Of a stretch of 64,000 bases of DNA, positions 9,150-19,453 are shown in pieces (position 1 is the stretch's first letter; every line of letters starts with the position of its first letter). The position numbers and the translations under genes were made by a program. The notes below the pieces were generated by a model. It was given only the letters and a program-made list of their open reading frames with translations. It had not been told where the DNA came from and made no database searches. Source of the stretch: Dehalococcoidia bacterium (GTDB taxonomy: Bacteria > Chloroflexota > Dehalococcoidia > UBA2979); contig OZ219872.1 of assembly GCA_964291495.2 (NCBI GenBank), positions 256,001 through 320,000 on the forward strand, given 5' to 3'.

Positions 9150-12100
9150 TCATCGCGCGTGGGACCTTCGATTGTGACGGAGGCGCGAAGCACCGAGCCT
9201 GATCGAGCCTCGAGATACCGAGTCCACCCGCGAGGGGAACGGGTCCACGGTCCTCGTGCCCAGGTTCTCCTCATCGGCTCGCTCCTTGCGACGCCTCCGA
9301 GCGGGGACGAGCAAGGGGATGAGGTACGCGGTGCCCAGGCCAAGTGGCTTCGTGAGGCCGCCGAGGAGCGCGTGCAGGCCGGCGAGCAGTGCGGCCAGGA
9401 GCAGAGCGCCGGCGCCGGCCGCAGCTGCCCTCGTCCGGCCTACCTGCTCAAGGCGGGCAAGCAGTCCCCCGCGCGGGGTGGACAGCGCGCCCTCCGCCAC
9501 GGTCCTCGGAGCTGCCGGCGCATTCGCGCCCACGGCTGATCCCACTGCCGCAGCAGGTTGCCCGGCTTCATCCCCGCCGCTCGGCGCCGGCTCGCCGTCG
9601 GGGTCCGGTGTGGTGGGCGCACCGGGCCCGTCCGGCCCCGGCGCCGTACGGGGCCCGCCGGGGCCCGGCGCGACCGGCCCACCCGGCCCAAGCGGCGTGT
9701 CCGGTCCACCTGGTGTCCCCGGCGGCGTGGGGGTGGTCGGCCCCGGCAGGGTTGGATCCTCGGGCGAGGTGGGCTCGGGAGGCTCCTCACCACCCGGCGG
9801 CGTGGGCGTGGTCGGCCCCGGCGGGGTCGAATCCTCCGGCGGCGTGGGATCCCCAGGCGGGGTGGGCCCGGGGGGCTCCTGACCACCCGGCAGAGTGCGG
9901 CCGGCCGTGGAGCCCTCACCGTCGTCCGACCACGGGCTCACGCCCTCGTCGTTCCGGGCGCGGACCCGCACGTGGTACGCCGTGTCCGCGTGCAGTCCCG
10001 TGATCGTGGTACTCGTGCGCGAGGCGTCGAGGCTCCACTCCGTCCAGTCGGCTCCGTCCGCCTCCCTGTACGCGATGTCGTACGACGTGAGCGGCGGCTT
10101 ACCCGTCATGTCCGGCTCGACCCACGTCACGTCCAGCTCGGACGCCGGGGAGGCCGAAGACAGGACGACCGCTGGCGCGTCCGGCCGGGGTGGCGCCTCG
10201 TCGATGTCGGTGACCCGAATCGTGACCGTCACCGTGACGTCGCTGGAGGCGCCGCCCGCGACGGTCACGGTCACCGAGAACGACTGCGTGGACTCGTGGT
10301 CCAGCACCGCGCCGCTGGCCACGCGGATCTGGCCGGTGGCCGAATCGATCGTGAGGTCGCCGGAGCCCGCGAGCGAGTAGGTCAGCGCTGTGCCATCCGG
10401 AGCAGGCACGTCGATCGGCGCGCCGACGGCTGTGCCGGCCGGTGCGTTCTCGGCCACGGCGCGGACGGCGCTGAGAGGGCCGGGGGCGTCGCCCTCGTTC
10501 TCCGCGTCGGTCGAGCCCGTCCCGGAGTCGGACCAGGCGCTTGTGCCCTCGTCATTGGACGCGGCCACCTGCACCTCGTACGTAGCGCCGGGCTCGAGGT
10601 CCGGAATGGTGGCGGAGGTCGCGGTGCCCGTGACGGCGTGCGCCGACCACGCCTGTTCGCCGTGCTCGCGGTAACGCAGGTCGTAGCCGGTGAGGGCGGG
10701 CCCGGTACTGGCGGGAGCCGTCCAGCTCACGTCGAGCGCGGTCTGAGGCGCGTCGGGCGACGGGCTCACCGCCGGCGCATCGGGCCTGGCCGGCGGCTCG
10801 TCCACGTCGGTCACGGTGATGGTCACGTCGGCGGTTGCGTTGGCCGCGCCGTCCGTGACGTTGACGGTGACCGTGTGCGACTGCGTGGACTCGTAGTCCA
10901 GCACCGCGCCCGTAGCCACGCGGATCTGGCCGCTGGCCGAGTCGATGGTGAACGCGCCGGAGCCTGACAGCGAGTAGGTCAGAGGGTCGCCGTTCCCGCC
11001 CCGTGCGGCGACCGGCGCGCCGACGGGCGTGGCTCCCGGAGCGTTCTCGGCCACCTCGCGGCTGGCGGGATCGAGCTCCAGCGCCGGGGTCGGCGGGGTC
11101 GGAGGCGTCGGCGACAGGACAAGCTCTTGCACGTCGGTCACGGTGATGGTCACGGTGATCAGGGCGTTGACGATGTGACCGTCGGGGAGGTCGTCCACCG
11201 TGTGGGTCGCCCGCACCGTCAGCTCGTGGCTGTGCGCCGTCTCGTAGTCCAGGTGGGCGCCCGGCGCGACCCGGATCTGGCCGGTGACCGGATCGATGAC
11301 GAAGTGGCTCGTCTGTTGCAGGGAGCGCCCACTGTTCCCCGACGCTCCGGAGATGTCCGCCACTACGGTGTAGGTGAGGGTGTGGCCGTCCGGGTCGGTT
11401 GCCGTCACCGGATCGCCGACCGGGGCGCCCGGCTGCGCGTCCTCGGGCACCTCGCGCTCTGCGTCGAGCTGGACGGGGCCGGTCACGCCCGTACCGCTCA
11501 CCGACCAGTCACTCTCGCCCTCGGCGTTGATGGCCAGCACCTGGACCTTGTAGATGGTGGCCGCCTCGAGGCTCTCGATGGTGGTCTTGGTGGCCGTGCC
11601 GCTGACGGTGTGCTCCGTCCACTCCGTCGGACCCGCGGTGCGGTAGCGCACGCGGTAGCCGGTGATCGCCGAGCCGAGGTCGTCCGGCGCCGTCCAGCTC
11701 ACGTCGAGCGAGGTCGCGGGTGCGTCCGCGCCAGCCTCGGCGCTCGGCGCGGCGGGCGTCTCCGGCCCGGTTACGTTCGTCACGTTCACGGTGAGGCTCG
11801 CGGTGGCCTGCTGACCCTGCACGGTCCATGTGACCGTGCCGGAGTAGGAAGTCTTCGTCTCGTAGTCGAGGCTGGCGCCCTGCTTCACGCTGATCTGGCC
11901 CGTGGCCGAGTCGATCTCGAAGGCGCCCGAGGTCGCTGCCTCGCCGCTCAGCGTGTAGCTCAGTGTCCCGGTCCCGTGAGGCGTGCCTGCCACCGCGTCG
12001 CCCGCCGCCGTGCCGGCGGCGGAGTTCTCCGCGATCGACCGGATCACGCTCGCCGTGCCCGTGATCGTCACGGTGCGGGCCAGGTACCCGCCGTACGCGT

Positions 12101-15100
12101 CGCTGGCGGCGTAGGTGACCGCCGCCGCCGCGGGATTGAGAACGGTGACACGCAGGGTGTCCGAATCGCTACCGGTGATGGCGGTGGTGAGCACGCCGGG
12201 ATAGGCCGCCGAGGCCGAGTAGGTCAGCGTGTCACCGTCGGCGTCCTCGAACTTGTCGCTCACGTCGTAGTCGGCGGAGCTCTTCCAGGCGAGCGTGGCG
12301 GCGCTCAGCGACAGCGCGCTGGCGGCTGGTGGCCGGTTGGCCTGCCTGGAGCCGGTGTCGGACCACGGCCCCACGCCTTCCTCGCTGCTCACGGCGCGCA
12401 CCTGTACCTCGTAGGTCGCGCCGGCTTCGAGGTTCGGGAGGTTCACGGTGAGCGTCGACGCCGATAGCACCGTGGTCTCGACGTCGTTGGAGTCGGTGTA
12501 GGTGTAGGCCGTCCACTCCGCGGGGTCTTCACCCGCCGCGACCTGCTTGCGGTACTGGGCCTCGTAGCCGGTGACGGTCGTGCCGTTCGCCTCGGCGGCC
12601 GTCCAGGTCACGTCGAGCGCCGGGTTGGACGGCTCGCTGAACGTCGTGCGGGTCAGCGTCGGCGCGCTGGCAATGACGGCGTTGGTGTCCGACACGTTGA
12701 TCGTGAGGTTCGCGACGGCTGCCTGGCCCTGCACGGTCCAGTGCACCTTGCCCGTGTACGAGCTCTTCGTCTCGCGATCCAGGGTGGCGCCCTGCTTCAC
12801 GCTGATCTGGCCCGTGGCCGAGTCGATGACGAAGGCGCCCGAGGTCGCAGCCTCGCCGCTCAGCGTGTAGCTCAGCGTCTCGGTCCCGTGAGGCGTCCCT
12901 GTGACCGGGTCGCCCACCGCCGTGCCCGCGGCGGCGTTCTCGAGGACGGACCGGGTCACGCTCCTCGCGCCGGTGATCTCGACGGTCAGGGAGGCGTACC
13001 CGCCGTACCCGTCGGAGACGCCGTAGGTGACCGTCGACGCGGCGGGGTTGATGACGGTCACCGTCAGCGTGTCCGCATCGCCGCCCGTGATCGCGGCGGT
13101 GAGCACGCCGGGGTACTCCGAGGAGGCCGAGTAGGTGAGCGTGTCGCCGTCGGCGTCGGAGAACTTGTCGCCGATGTCGTAGTCCGTGGACTGGTTCCAG
13201 GCGGCGGTGGCGGCGGCCAGGGGCGACGTGCCCGCCGTCGGCGGTCGGTTGGCCGTGCCCTCCCCGATGTCCGACCACGGCCCTTCCCCTTCCTCGCTGG
13301 TCAGCGCCCTCACCTGCACCTCGTAGGTCGCGCCGGCCTCGAGGTCGGGGAGGGTGATGCTGGTCGTGGTGGCGGGCAGCTCGGTGGTCTGCTGGTCGTT
13401 GGCGTCGGTGATCGTGTAGTCGGTCCAGTCGTTGGCGGTGTCGCCCTCGGCGACCTTCTTGCGGTACTGGGCGTTGTAGCCGCTGATGGTCAGGCCGTTG
13501 GCCTCGGGGGCGGCCCACGCCACATCAAGCGCCGGGGTCGACTGTTGGCTGAACTCCGTGCGGGTCAGCGTCGGCGCGTCCGGCTTACCGGCCTCGACGT
13601 CCGTCACGTTGATGGTGAGGTCCGCGGTAGCGGTCTGCCCCTGCACCGTCCATGTCACCGATCCGGTGTAGGAGTTCTTCGTCTCGTAGTCCAGGTTGGC
13701 GTCTTCCTGGATGCTGATCTGGCCGGTGGCGGAGTCGATGACGAAAGCCCCGGAGGTCGCCGCCTCGCCGGTGAGCGTGTAGGTCAGCGCATCGTCGGTC
13801 TCATCGTCGCCGTCGTCGTAGGGCGTCCCGGTTACCGGATCCCCCACCGCCGTGCCGGCGGCGGAGTTCTCGGCGATGTCTCGCGTTTCAGCTTGCTTGC
13901 CCGTCCACGAGAACTTCCGGTGTGTATAGCCGCCGTACCCGTCATGCACCCCATAGGTGAGTTCCAGGGTGCCCGGGTTGTAGAAGAGGAATGTCCACCG
14001 CAGAGTCGGCTCATCCGCCAGGAATGGGTACTCCGCAGGTCTCTCCTTCCATTGGAATTCCCCCACGTCCCCGATGCCGGGGTACTGGGACGAGACCGCC
14101 CAACTGAGCGAATCCCCATCCGGGTCCGCGAAATAGATTTCGATCGGCCAGCCGACCCAGAGTTCTCCGACCGGCTGGTTGTTATTCACCAAGTAGTAAT
14201 AGGTCGTGCCGCCGTGATGAACTGCATGATGCGGCGGCCGGTTGGCCCGTCCTTCTCCGATGTCCGACCAGGGGCCGGGGCCCTCCTTGCTCGTGAGGGC
14301 GCGTACCTGTGCCTCGTAGACCTTCCCCGCCGCCAGGTCCGGCAGGTTGAAGCTGGTCGTCGTAGCGGGGAGGGTCTTCGTCGGGTTCCCGTCGGAGCCT
14401 TCGACGGTGTAGTCCGCCCAGGTGTGGGCCGTCTCGCCCTCGGCGACCTTCACGCGGTACCGGGCCTCATAGCCGGTGATGGTCGTGCTGTTGGCGTCGG
14501 GCGCCGTCCAGGTGACGTCCAGTGCCGGGTCGCTCTCCTCTTCGAACCGCGTGCGCGAGACCGTCGGCGTGACAGGCTTCCCCGCCTCGAGGTCCACAAC
14601 GTTGATGGTGACCTCGGCCTCGGCCTCCCGGCCCTGCACGCTCCACGTCACGCTTCCGTGGTAGGACGCCGTGGTCTCGTAGTCCAGGGTCGCGCCCTGC
14701 TTCACGCTGATCTGCCCGCTGCTCGAGTCGATGACGAATGCGCTCGTCGCGGCGCCCGTCAGCGTGTAGCTGAACGTCTCGTTCGCGTAGGGGGTCCCGG
14801 TGACCGGATCGCCCACCGCGGCGCCTGCGGGAGAGTTCTCGTTGATGTCGCGAGTCAACTCGCTCCCGGTCAACCGGGTCGCGACACCTGCGACGTCGAG
14901 GTTCGTGGAGACGTAGCCGCCGTACCCGTCGCTGACCCCGTAGGTGACGGTGGTCGTGGCCGGGTTGAGGACTTCCATCTTCAGGTTGGTGGGATCACTG
15001 CCCTCGATCGAGACCCCGAGCACGCCGGCGTGCGCCGCGGAGGCCGAGTAGGTGAGTGTGTCGCTGTCGTCATCGAGGAAGTCGCCGCTGATCGCTCGAA

Positions 15101-18100
15101 GCGTGGGAGCGTCGCCCCAGCGAAGCGTGAGGAAGAGACCGGTGTTGCTCGGCGCTGCGAGCCGCGGCGGCCGGTTGGCCCGGCCTTCCCCGATGTCCGA
15201 CCAGGGGCCGGGGCCCTCCTTGCTCGTGAGGGCGCGCACCTGCGCCTCGTAGGTCGTCCCCGCCGTCAGGTCCGGCAGGTTGATGCTGGTCGGCGTCGCG
15301 GGCAGGGTCGTGGTTGGATTGTCGTCGGAGCCGGTAACGGTGTAGTCCGTCCAGGCGTTGGCGGTCTCGCCCTCGGCGACCTTCACGCGGTACCGGGCGT
15401 TGTAGCCGGTGATGGTCGTGCCGTTGGCGGGGGCGGCGGTCCACGTCACATCGAGCGCGGGATCCGAGGGCTCACTGAAGCGCGTGCGCGTCACGGTCGG
15501 CGTGCCGGGCTTCCCCGCCTCGAGGTCGGTGACGTTGATGGTGATGTAGATGGCGGCCTTGTACTCCGTGCCGGGTACGGTGTACTCCGTCCTGCCGCTG
15601 TAGGAGCTCTTCGTCTCGTAGTCCGGGGAGACACGTGTCCGGATCAAGCCACCCGACCTGACCTGGAAGTCCCTGAGGTACTCGGCGTCGCCGTGCTGCG
15701 TGTGCTGGGGAATCTGTCCGTTGACCCGCCTTCCACGCACGACTCGAAGCGCGGCCCCGCTAGCGAGGTTCTCGGGAACGTCGATGGTGACGATCCGCTC
15801 CCAGCGGACCAGCCAGGTGTACGACGCCGAGCCTCCGTAGCCGTCGTGGGACGTGAAGGTGATCCCGGCGTCCTCCTTGAGGGGGTGGTAGAAGCGTACC
15901 GTCAGCCCGGGCTCGGGCCCGTTTCCGTCGTCGAATGTGGCTTCCTCGACCGTGACCCACGGGGCCCGGTTCGAGGTGGCCGTGAACGTCAGAGCGTCGC
16001 CATCCGGCTCATGGCTGCTCGCTGCCAGCCACGTGTCATGGATGTCGTGATAGGCGCCAGCCCTGGTGTCTGTGATCAAGTGCACAGGCTGGTTCACGAG
16101 CACGCGGTGGAAGGAGGGCGGCCGGTTGGCCCGGCCTTCCCCGATGTCCGACCAGGGGCCGGGGCCCTCCTTGCTCGTGAGCGCGCGCACCTGCGCCTCG
16201 TAGGTCGTCCCCGCCGTCAGGTCCGGCAGGTTGATGCTTCTCGTGCTCGCGGACAGCGTCCTGGTCTGGGCGCCATTGCCGTCGTCTACGGTGTAGTCCG
16301 TCCATGCGTTGGCGGTGTCGCCCTCGGCGACCTTCACGCGGTACTGGACCTCGTAGCCCGTGATGGTCGTGCCGTTGGCGGGGGCGGCCGTCCACGCGAC
16401 GTCCAGCGCCGGGTCCGTCGGCTCGCTGAACCGCGTGCGGGTCACGGTCGGCGTGCCGGGCTTGCCCGCCTCGAGGTCGATCAGGTTGACCGTGACGTCG
16501 ATGGCGCTGGCGATGCCTCCGACGGTGTACTCCACCTTGCCGGTGTAGGAGCTCTTGGTCTCGTAATCGAGCACGGCCCCGCTCTTCACCCGGATCCGGC
16601 CGCGCGGCTTGATGTAGAAGTGGCCGGAGGTCGCCAGTTCCCCCGTCAGGGTGTAGCGCAGCGTCTCCCGGTTGTAGGGGCGCCCCTGCACCCGGTCTCC
16701 GAGCATGGTCTCGCCCGCCGCGTTCTCGGCGATGGTACGGGTCTCGTTTGCGGTGACCGTGAAAGCATGACCTTGATCGCCGCTGACTCCGCCGTAGGGG
16801 TCTTGCGCCCTGTACGTCAGGCTGCTCTCTCCGGCATTGTGCGCCGCCACCACCAGGTGGACCCCCTCTGTCCATGCGTCGGCCAGGGCCGGATGCGCCG
16901 GGGTCGCCGAATACGTGAGTGTGTCTCCGTCGGCGTCTGAGAAGTGCGCCTCGATCGTCTCGTTGACGAGTAGCCAGGAGACCTTGTACGGGTAAGCGAC
17001 ATCGACGTAGAAGACCCCCGTGGTGGTCGGCGGCCGGTTGGCCCGGCCTTCCCCGATGTCCGACCAGGGACCCGTGCCCTCGTCGCTGCTCACCGCCCGC
17101 ACCTGCGCCTCGTAGACGGCGCCGGCCTCGAGGCTTGCGAGATTGAAGGTCGTCGCCGTCGCGCCGAGCGTGCCGCTGTAGTCGGTCCACTGGTTGGCCT
17201 CTTCGCCCTCGGCGACCTTCTTGCGGTGCCGCGCCTCGTAGCCGGTGATGGTCGTGCCGTTGGCGGCGCCGGCCCAGGTCACATCCAGCGCCGGGTCCGT
17301 CGGCCCGCTGAACTCCGTGCGGGTCAGCGTGGGCGCGCTCGCGACGACGGGCGCCACGTCGGTCACGAGGATGCTGACATTGATGACCGCGGCGTGGCCG
17401 TCGACCGTGTAGTGCACCTCGCCGCGGTAGAACTTGGCGATCAGCTGGCCCTCGAAGGTCTCTGTCTCGCGGTGCGCGTCGTCGGTCTCGTAGTCGAGCG
17501 TCGCGCCCTGCGCGAGGCTGATCTGGCCGCTGGCGGAGTCGATGACGAACTTCCCGGAGTCGGCCGCATTGCCTGCGAGCGTGTAGCCCAGCGCGTCGTC
17601 GGTCTGATCGTCCCCGTCGTCGTACGGCGTCCCGGTGACCGGCGCGCCCACGGCCGTGCCCGCGGCGGAGTTCTCCGCGATGCTGCGGCTCGTCTTCGCG
17701 GTGACCGTGATGGTCGCGGTGCGCGTGACCTGCCCGCCGAAGGCGTCCGTGGCCGTGAAGGTGATCGTCGAGGCGCCCTGGTTGAGCAGGGTCGCCGTCA
17801 GCGTGGCGCTCCCGGCCGCGCCGGACAGGCTGACCCCGAGCAGGGCGGGGTGCTGCGAGGAGGCCGTGTAGGTCAGCGTGTCGCCGTCGGCGTCCGCGAA
17901 GAACGGCCCCAGCGCGCCCTGCCCGGTCTCGGCGTAGGTACGGATGGTCCCGACCGGGAACGTCCCGCCGTTGAAGGCTGCGCTCGTCGCGGTCGGCGGC
18001 CGGTTGGCCCGCCCCGACCCGGTGTCCGACCATTCGCCCAGACCCTGCTCATTCGTGCCGGTGACCACCTGCACCTCGTAGGTCGCGCCGGCCTCGAGGT

Positions 18101-18932
18101 CGGTCAGCCTGTGGCTGGCGGTCTCGATGACCGTGCTGTCCTCGGTCCACTCGGTGACACCCTGCTTGCGGTACCGCAGCTTGTACCAGCTGATGGTGAG
18201 ACCGAGGTCATCCGGGTTCGTCCAGCTCACGTCCAGCGCGGGGTTCATCGGGGCATCGGACCGGGTGCGGGTGACGGTGAGGCTGCCGACACGCGGCTTG
18301 ACGACCGTCTGCTTTGCCGTCACCGGGGCCGCCTCCACGGTGACGGCGATGGCGAACGAGGCCTGGTCGCCGTCCTCGTCCGTGGCGCTGTAGGTCAGCG
18401 AGAACTCGCCGGCCTCGGACGGCGTGCCGCCGAGGGCGCGGGTCGCCGCGTCGAAGGTCATGCCCGCGGGCAGGCCCGTCAGGCTGTAGGTCAGCGTGCC
18501 GTCGCCGCCCTCGGCTGCGGGCAGCGTGACCGCGGTGGCTTCCTCGCCTTCGTCGAATGACAGGCCGCTGATGGCGGCGGAGAAGGACGGCACCAGGTTG
18601 GTCTCGGGCGTGGGCTCGGGAGTCGGCTCCGGCGTCGCGGTGGCCTCGGGGGTCGGCTCCGGCGTCGGGGTGGCCTCGGGGGTCGGCTCGGGAGTCGGCT
18701 CCGGCGTCGGGGTGGCCTCGGGGGTCGGCTCTGGTGTGGGCTCCGGCGTCGGCTCCGGCGTGGGTGCCGGTGTCGGCTCCGGCGTGGGCGTCGACTTCTC
18801 GACGGGCTCGAGGTTCGTCTCCTGCGCCACGACCGGCGCCGGGGAGAGCGCGGTCGCGAGCGCAGCCAGCACCAGGGCGATCATCGCCCCAGTGAGGACG
18901 AGTGTTCTCAGTCGGCCTGCGCCACTGATCAT
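9150..18932 (-). CDS. Giant (3260 aa) surface protein with fibronectin type III, cadherin and Ig-like repeats
   Basis: Signal peptide, EPTP linker, repeated LDVTW...YEAQVRA...GPWS (Fn3) and ENSAAGTAVGDPV...FVIDSATGQI...LDYE (cadherin), Pro-rich stalk, C-terminal hydrophobic anchor followed by RRRRK. Confidence 0.93.
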   Translation of the reverse strand: MISGAGRLRTLVLTGAMIALVLAALATALSPAPVVAQETNLEPVEKSTPTPEPTPAPTPEPTPEPTPEPTPEATPTPEPTPEPTPEATPTPEPTPEATATPEPTPEPTPETNLVPSFSAAISGLSFDEGEEATAVTLPAAEGGDGTLTYSLTGLPAGMTFDAATRALGGTPSEAGEFSLTYSATDEDGDQASFAIAVTVEAAPVTAKQTVVKPRVGSLTVTRTRSDAPMNPALDVSWTNPDDLGLTISWYKLRYRKQGVTEWTEDSTVIETASHRLTDLEAGATYEVQVVTGTNEQGLGEWSDTGSGRANRPPTATSAAFNGGTFPVGTIRTYAETGQGALGPFFADADGDTLTYTASSQHPALLGVSLSGAAGSATLTATLLNQGASTITFTATDAFGGQVTRTATITVTAKTSRSIAENSAAGTAVGAPVTGTPYDDGDDQTDDALGYTLAGNAADSGKFVIDSASGQISLAQGATLDYETDDAHRETETFEGQLIAKFYRGEVHYTVDGHAAVINVSILVTDVAPVVASAPTLTRTEFSGPTDPALDVTWAGAANGTTITGYEARHRKKVAEGEEANQWTDYSGTLGATATTFNLASLEAGAVYEAQVRAVSSDEGTGPWSDIGEGRANRPPTTTGVFYVDVAYPYKVSWLLVNETIEAHFSDADGDTLTYSATPAHPALADAWTEGVHLVVAAHNAGESSLTYRAQDPYGGVSGDQGHAFTVTANETRTIAENAAGETMLGDRVQGRPYNRETLRYTLTGELATSGHFYIKPRGRIRVKSGAVLDYETKSSYTGKVEYTVGGIASAIDVTVNLIDLEAGKPGTPTVTRTRFSEPTDPALDVAWTAAPANGTTITGYEVQYRVKVAEGDTANAWTDYTVDDGNGAQTRTLSASTRSINLPDLTAGTTYEAQVRALTSKEGPGPWSDIGEGRANRPPSFHRVLVNQPVHLITDTRAGAYHDIHDTWLAASSHEPDGDALTFTATSNRAPWVTVEEATFDDGNGPEPGLTVRFYHPLKEDAGITFTSHDGYGGSASYTWLVRWERIVTIDVPENLASGAALRVVRGRRVNGQIPQHTQHGDAEYLRDFQVRSGGLIRTRVSPDYETKSSYSGRTEYTVPGTEYKAAIYITINVTDLEAGKPGTPTVTRTRFSEPSDPALDVTWTAAPANGTTITGYNARYRVKVAEGETANAWTDYTVTGSDDNPTTTLPATPTSINLPDLTAGTTYEAQVRALTSKEGPGPWSDIGEGRANRPPRLAAPSNTGLFLTLRWGDAPTLRAISGDFLDDDSDTLTYSASAAHAGVLGVSIEGSDPTNLKMEVLNPATTTVTYGVSDGYGGYVSTNLDVAGVATRLTGSELTRDINENSPAGAAVGDPVTGTPYANETFSYTLTGAATSAFVIDSSSGQISVKQGATLDYETTASYHGSVTWSVQGREAEAEVTINVVDLEAGKPVTPTVSRTRFEEESDPALDVTWTAPDANSTTITGYEARYRVKVAEGETAHTWADYTVEGSDGNPTKTLPATTTSFNLPDLAAGKVYEAQVRALTSKEGPGPWSDIGEGRANRPPHHAVHHGGTTYYYLVNNNQPVGELWVGWPIEIYFADPDGDSLSWAVSSQYPGIGDVGEFQWKERPAEYPFLADEPTLRWTFLFYNPGTLELTYGVHDGYGGYTHRKFSWTGKQAETRDIAENSAAGTAVGDPVTGTPYDDGDDETDDALTYTLTGEAATSGAFVIDSATGQISIQEDANLDYETKNSYTGSVTWTVQGQTATADLTINVTDVEAGKPDAPTLTRTEFSQQSTPALDVAWAAPEANGLTISGYNAQYRKKVAEGDTANDWTDYTITDANDQQTTELPATTTSITLPDLEAGATYEVQVRALTSEEGEGPWSDIGEGTANRPPTAGTSPLAAATAAWNQSTDYDIGDKFSDADGDTLTYSASSEYPGVLTAAITGGDADTLTVTVINPAASTVTYGVSDGYGGYASLTVEITGARSVTRSVLENAAAGTAVGDPVTGTPHGTETLSYTLSGEAATSGAFVIDSATGQISVKQGATLDRETKSSYTGKVHWTVQGQAAVANLTINVSDTNAVIASAPTLTRTTFSEPSNPALDVTWTAAEANGTTVTGYEAQYRKQVAAGEDPAEWTAYTYTDSNDVETTVLSASTLTVNLPNLEAGATYEVQVRAVSSEEGVGPWSDTGSRQANRPPAASALSLSAATLAWKSSADYDVSDKFEDADGDTLTYSASAAYPGVLTTAITGSDSDTLRVTVLNPAAAAVTYAASDAYGGYLARTVTITGTASVIRSIAENSAAGTAAGDAVAGTPHGTGTLSYTLSGEAATSGAFEIDSATGQISVKQGASLDYETKTSYSGTVTWTVQGQQATASLTVNVTNVTGPETPAAPSAEAGADAPATSLDVSWTAPDDLGSAITGYRVRYRTAGPTEWTEHTVSGTATKTTIESLEAATIYKVQVLAINAEGESDWSVSGTGVTGPVQLDAEREVPEDAQPGAPVGDPVTATDPDGHTLTYTVVADISGASGNSGRSLQQTSHFVIDPVTGQIRVAPGAHLDYETAHSHELTVRATHTVDDLPDGHIVNALITVTITVTDVQELVLSPTPPTPPTPALELDPASREVAENAPGATPVGAPVAARGGNGDPLTYSLSGSGAFTIDSASGQIRVATGAVLDYESTQSHTVTVNVTDGAANATADVTITVTDVDEPPARPDAPAVSPSPDAPQTALDVSWTAPASTGPALTGYDLRYREHGEQAWSAHAVTGTATSATIPDLEPGATYEVQVAASNDEGTSAWSDSGTGSTDAENEGDAPGPLSAVRAVAENAPAGTAVGAPIDVPAPDGTALTYSLAGSGDLTIDSATGQIRVASGAVLDHESTQSFSVTVTVAGGASSDVTVTVTIRVTDIDEAPPRPDAPAVVLSSASPASELDVTWVEPDMTGKPPLTSYDIAYREADGADWTEWSLDASRTSTTITGLHADTAYHVRVRARNDEGVSPWSDDGEGSTAGRTLPGGQEPPGPTPPGDPTPPEDSTPPGPTTPTPPGGEEPPEPTSPEDPTLPGPTTPTPPGTPGGPDTPLGPGGPVAPGPGGPRTAPGPDGPGAPTTPDPDGEPAPSGGDEAGQPAAAVGSAVGANAPAAPRTVAEGALSTPRGGLLARLEQVGRTRAAAAGAGALLLAALLAGLHALLGGLTKPLGLGTAYLIPLLVPARRRRKERADEENLGTRTVDPFPSRVDSVSRGSIRLGASRLRHNRRSHAR
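12330..18300 (-). repeat. Seven ~0.9-1.0 kb tandem modules (Fn3 - ANRPP - variable Ig-like - cadherin)
   Basis: ANRPP junctions near 17998, 17031, 16119, 15168, 14235, 13243, 12330; Fn3 DNA near-identical between e.g. 15171-15290 and 16121-16240. Confidence 0.85.
18601..18790 (-). repeat. EPTP/EATP coding tandem repeat (linker)
   Basis: Reiterated ggctccggcgt/ggctcgggagt units encoding PTPEPTPE. Confidence 0.85.
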
Positions 18933-19343
18933 CTATCAGCTATCCCCACGGAACCAGGGAGTCCGGGTTGTCCCGCGGCCAGAAGGCGTCGCTGCACCGC
19001 GTGCGGCGGCGTGGCGAACGCCTCGAGGACGCGCGGCTATGCCGGCATCACGGACGCGCGGCTACAGCGCGAGCGCCGGGCGTGCGGGTTGGCCCCAGGG
19101 GACGGCGTGGAAGACCCAGTGCGGGAGGCGTATAGTGCGTTCCGCGAGGGTTCCTGATGCGGATTCGAAGTAACGGTCGGCCGCATCGGAGCCATGCAAC
19201 TCGGGGCCCGGCCCCTCGGGGGTCGGGCCTCTACATATGCCCGCCGCTTCCACCAATCGCCGGACGCTGCGCGGGGGTACGCGGTGCCTCCGCGAAACCC
19301 GTCCCGGTCGATGCGCCATCACCATGCTGGACTCCCTTTCGTG

Positions 19344-19453
19344 GTTGTCCGCCTCAGTCGTTGCGAGGACATTAGTTGATCTCTCTATCATTGTCAAGCA
19401 CATCTATTGTGCCAGACGATCGTTGACGTACGACTCTGTTGCTGCCAGAATCT
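19344..19453. promoter_or_regulatory. Phased array of seven RTTG boxes (probable MarR operator array)
   Basis: TTG at 19345, 19361, 19376, 19391, 19407, 19423, 19439 (15-16 bp period) in an AT-enriched patch between divergent genes. Confidence 0.6.

Noticed and set aside
12330-18300. Diversity-generating retroelement acting on the adhesin
   Set aside because: No reverse transcriptase, no template repeat, and no evident adenine-specific differences between repeats
19344-19453. CRISPR array or plasmid iterons
   Set aside because: Units are 15-16 bp, degenerate, without spacers; no cas or rep gene
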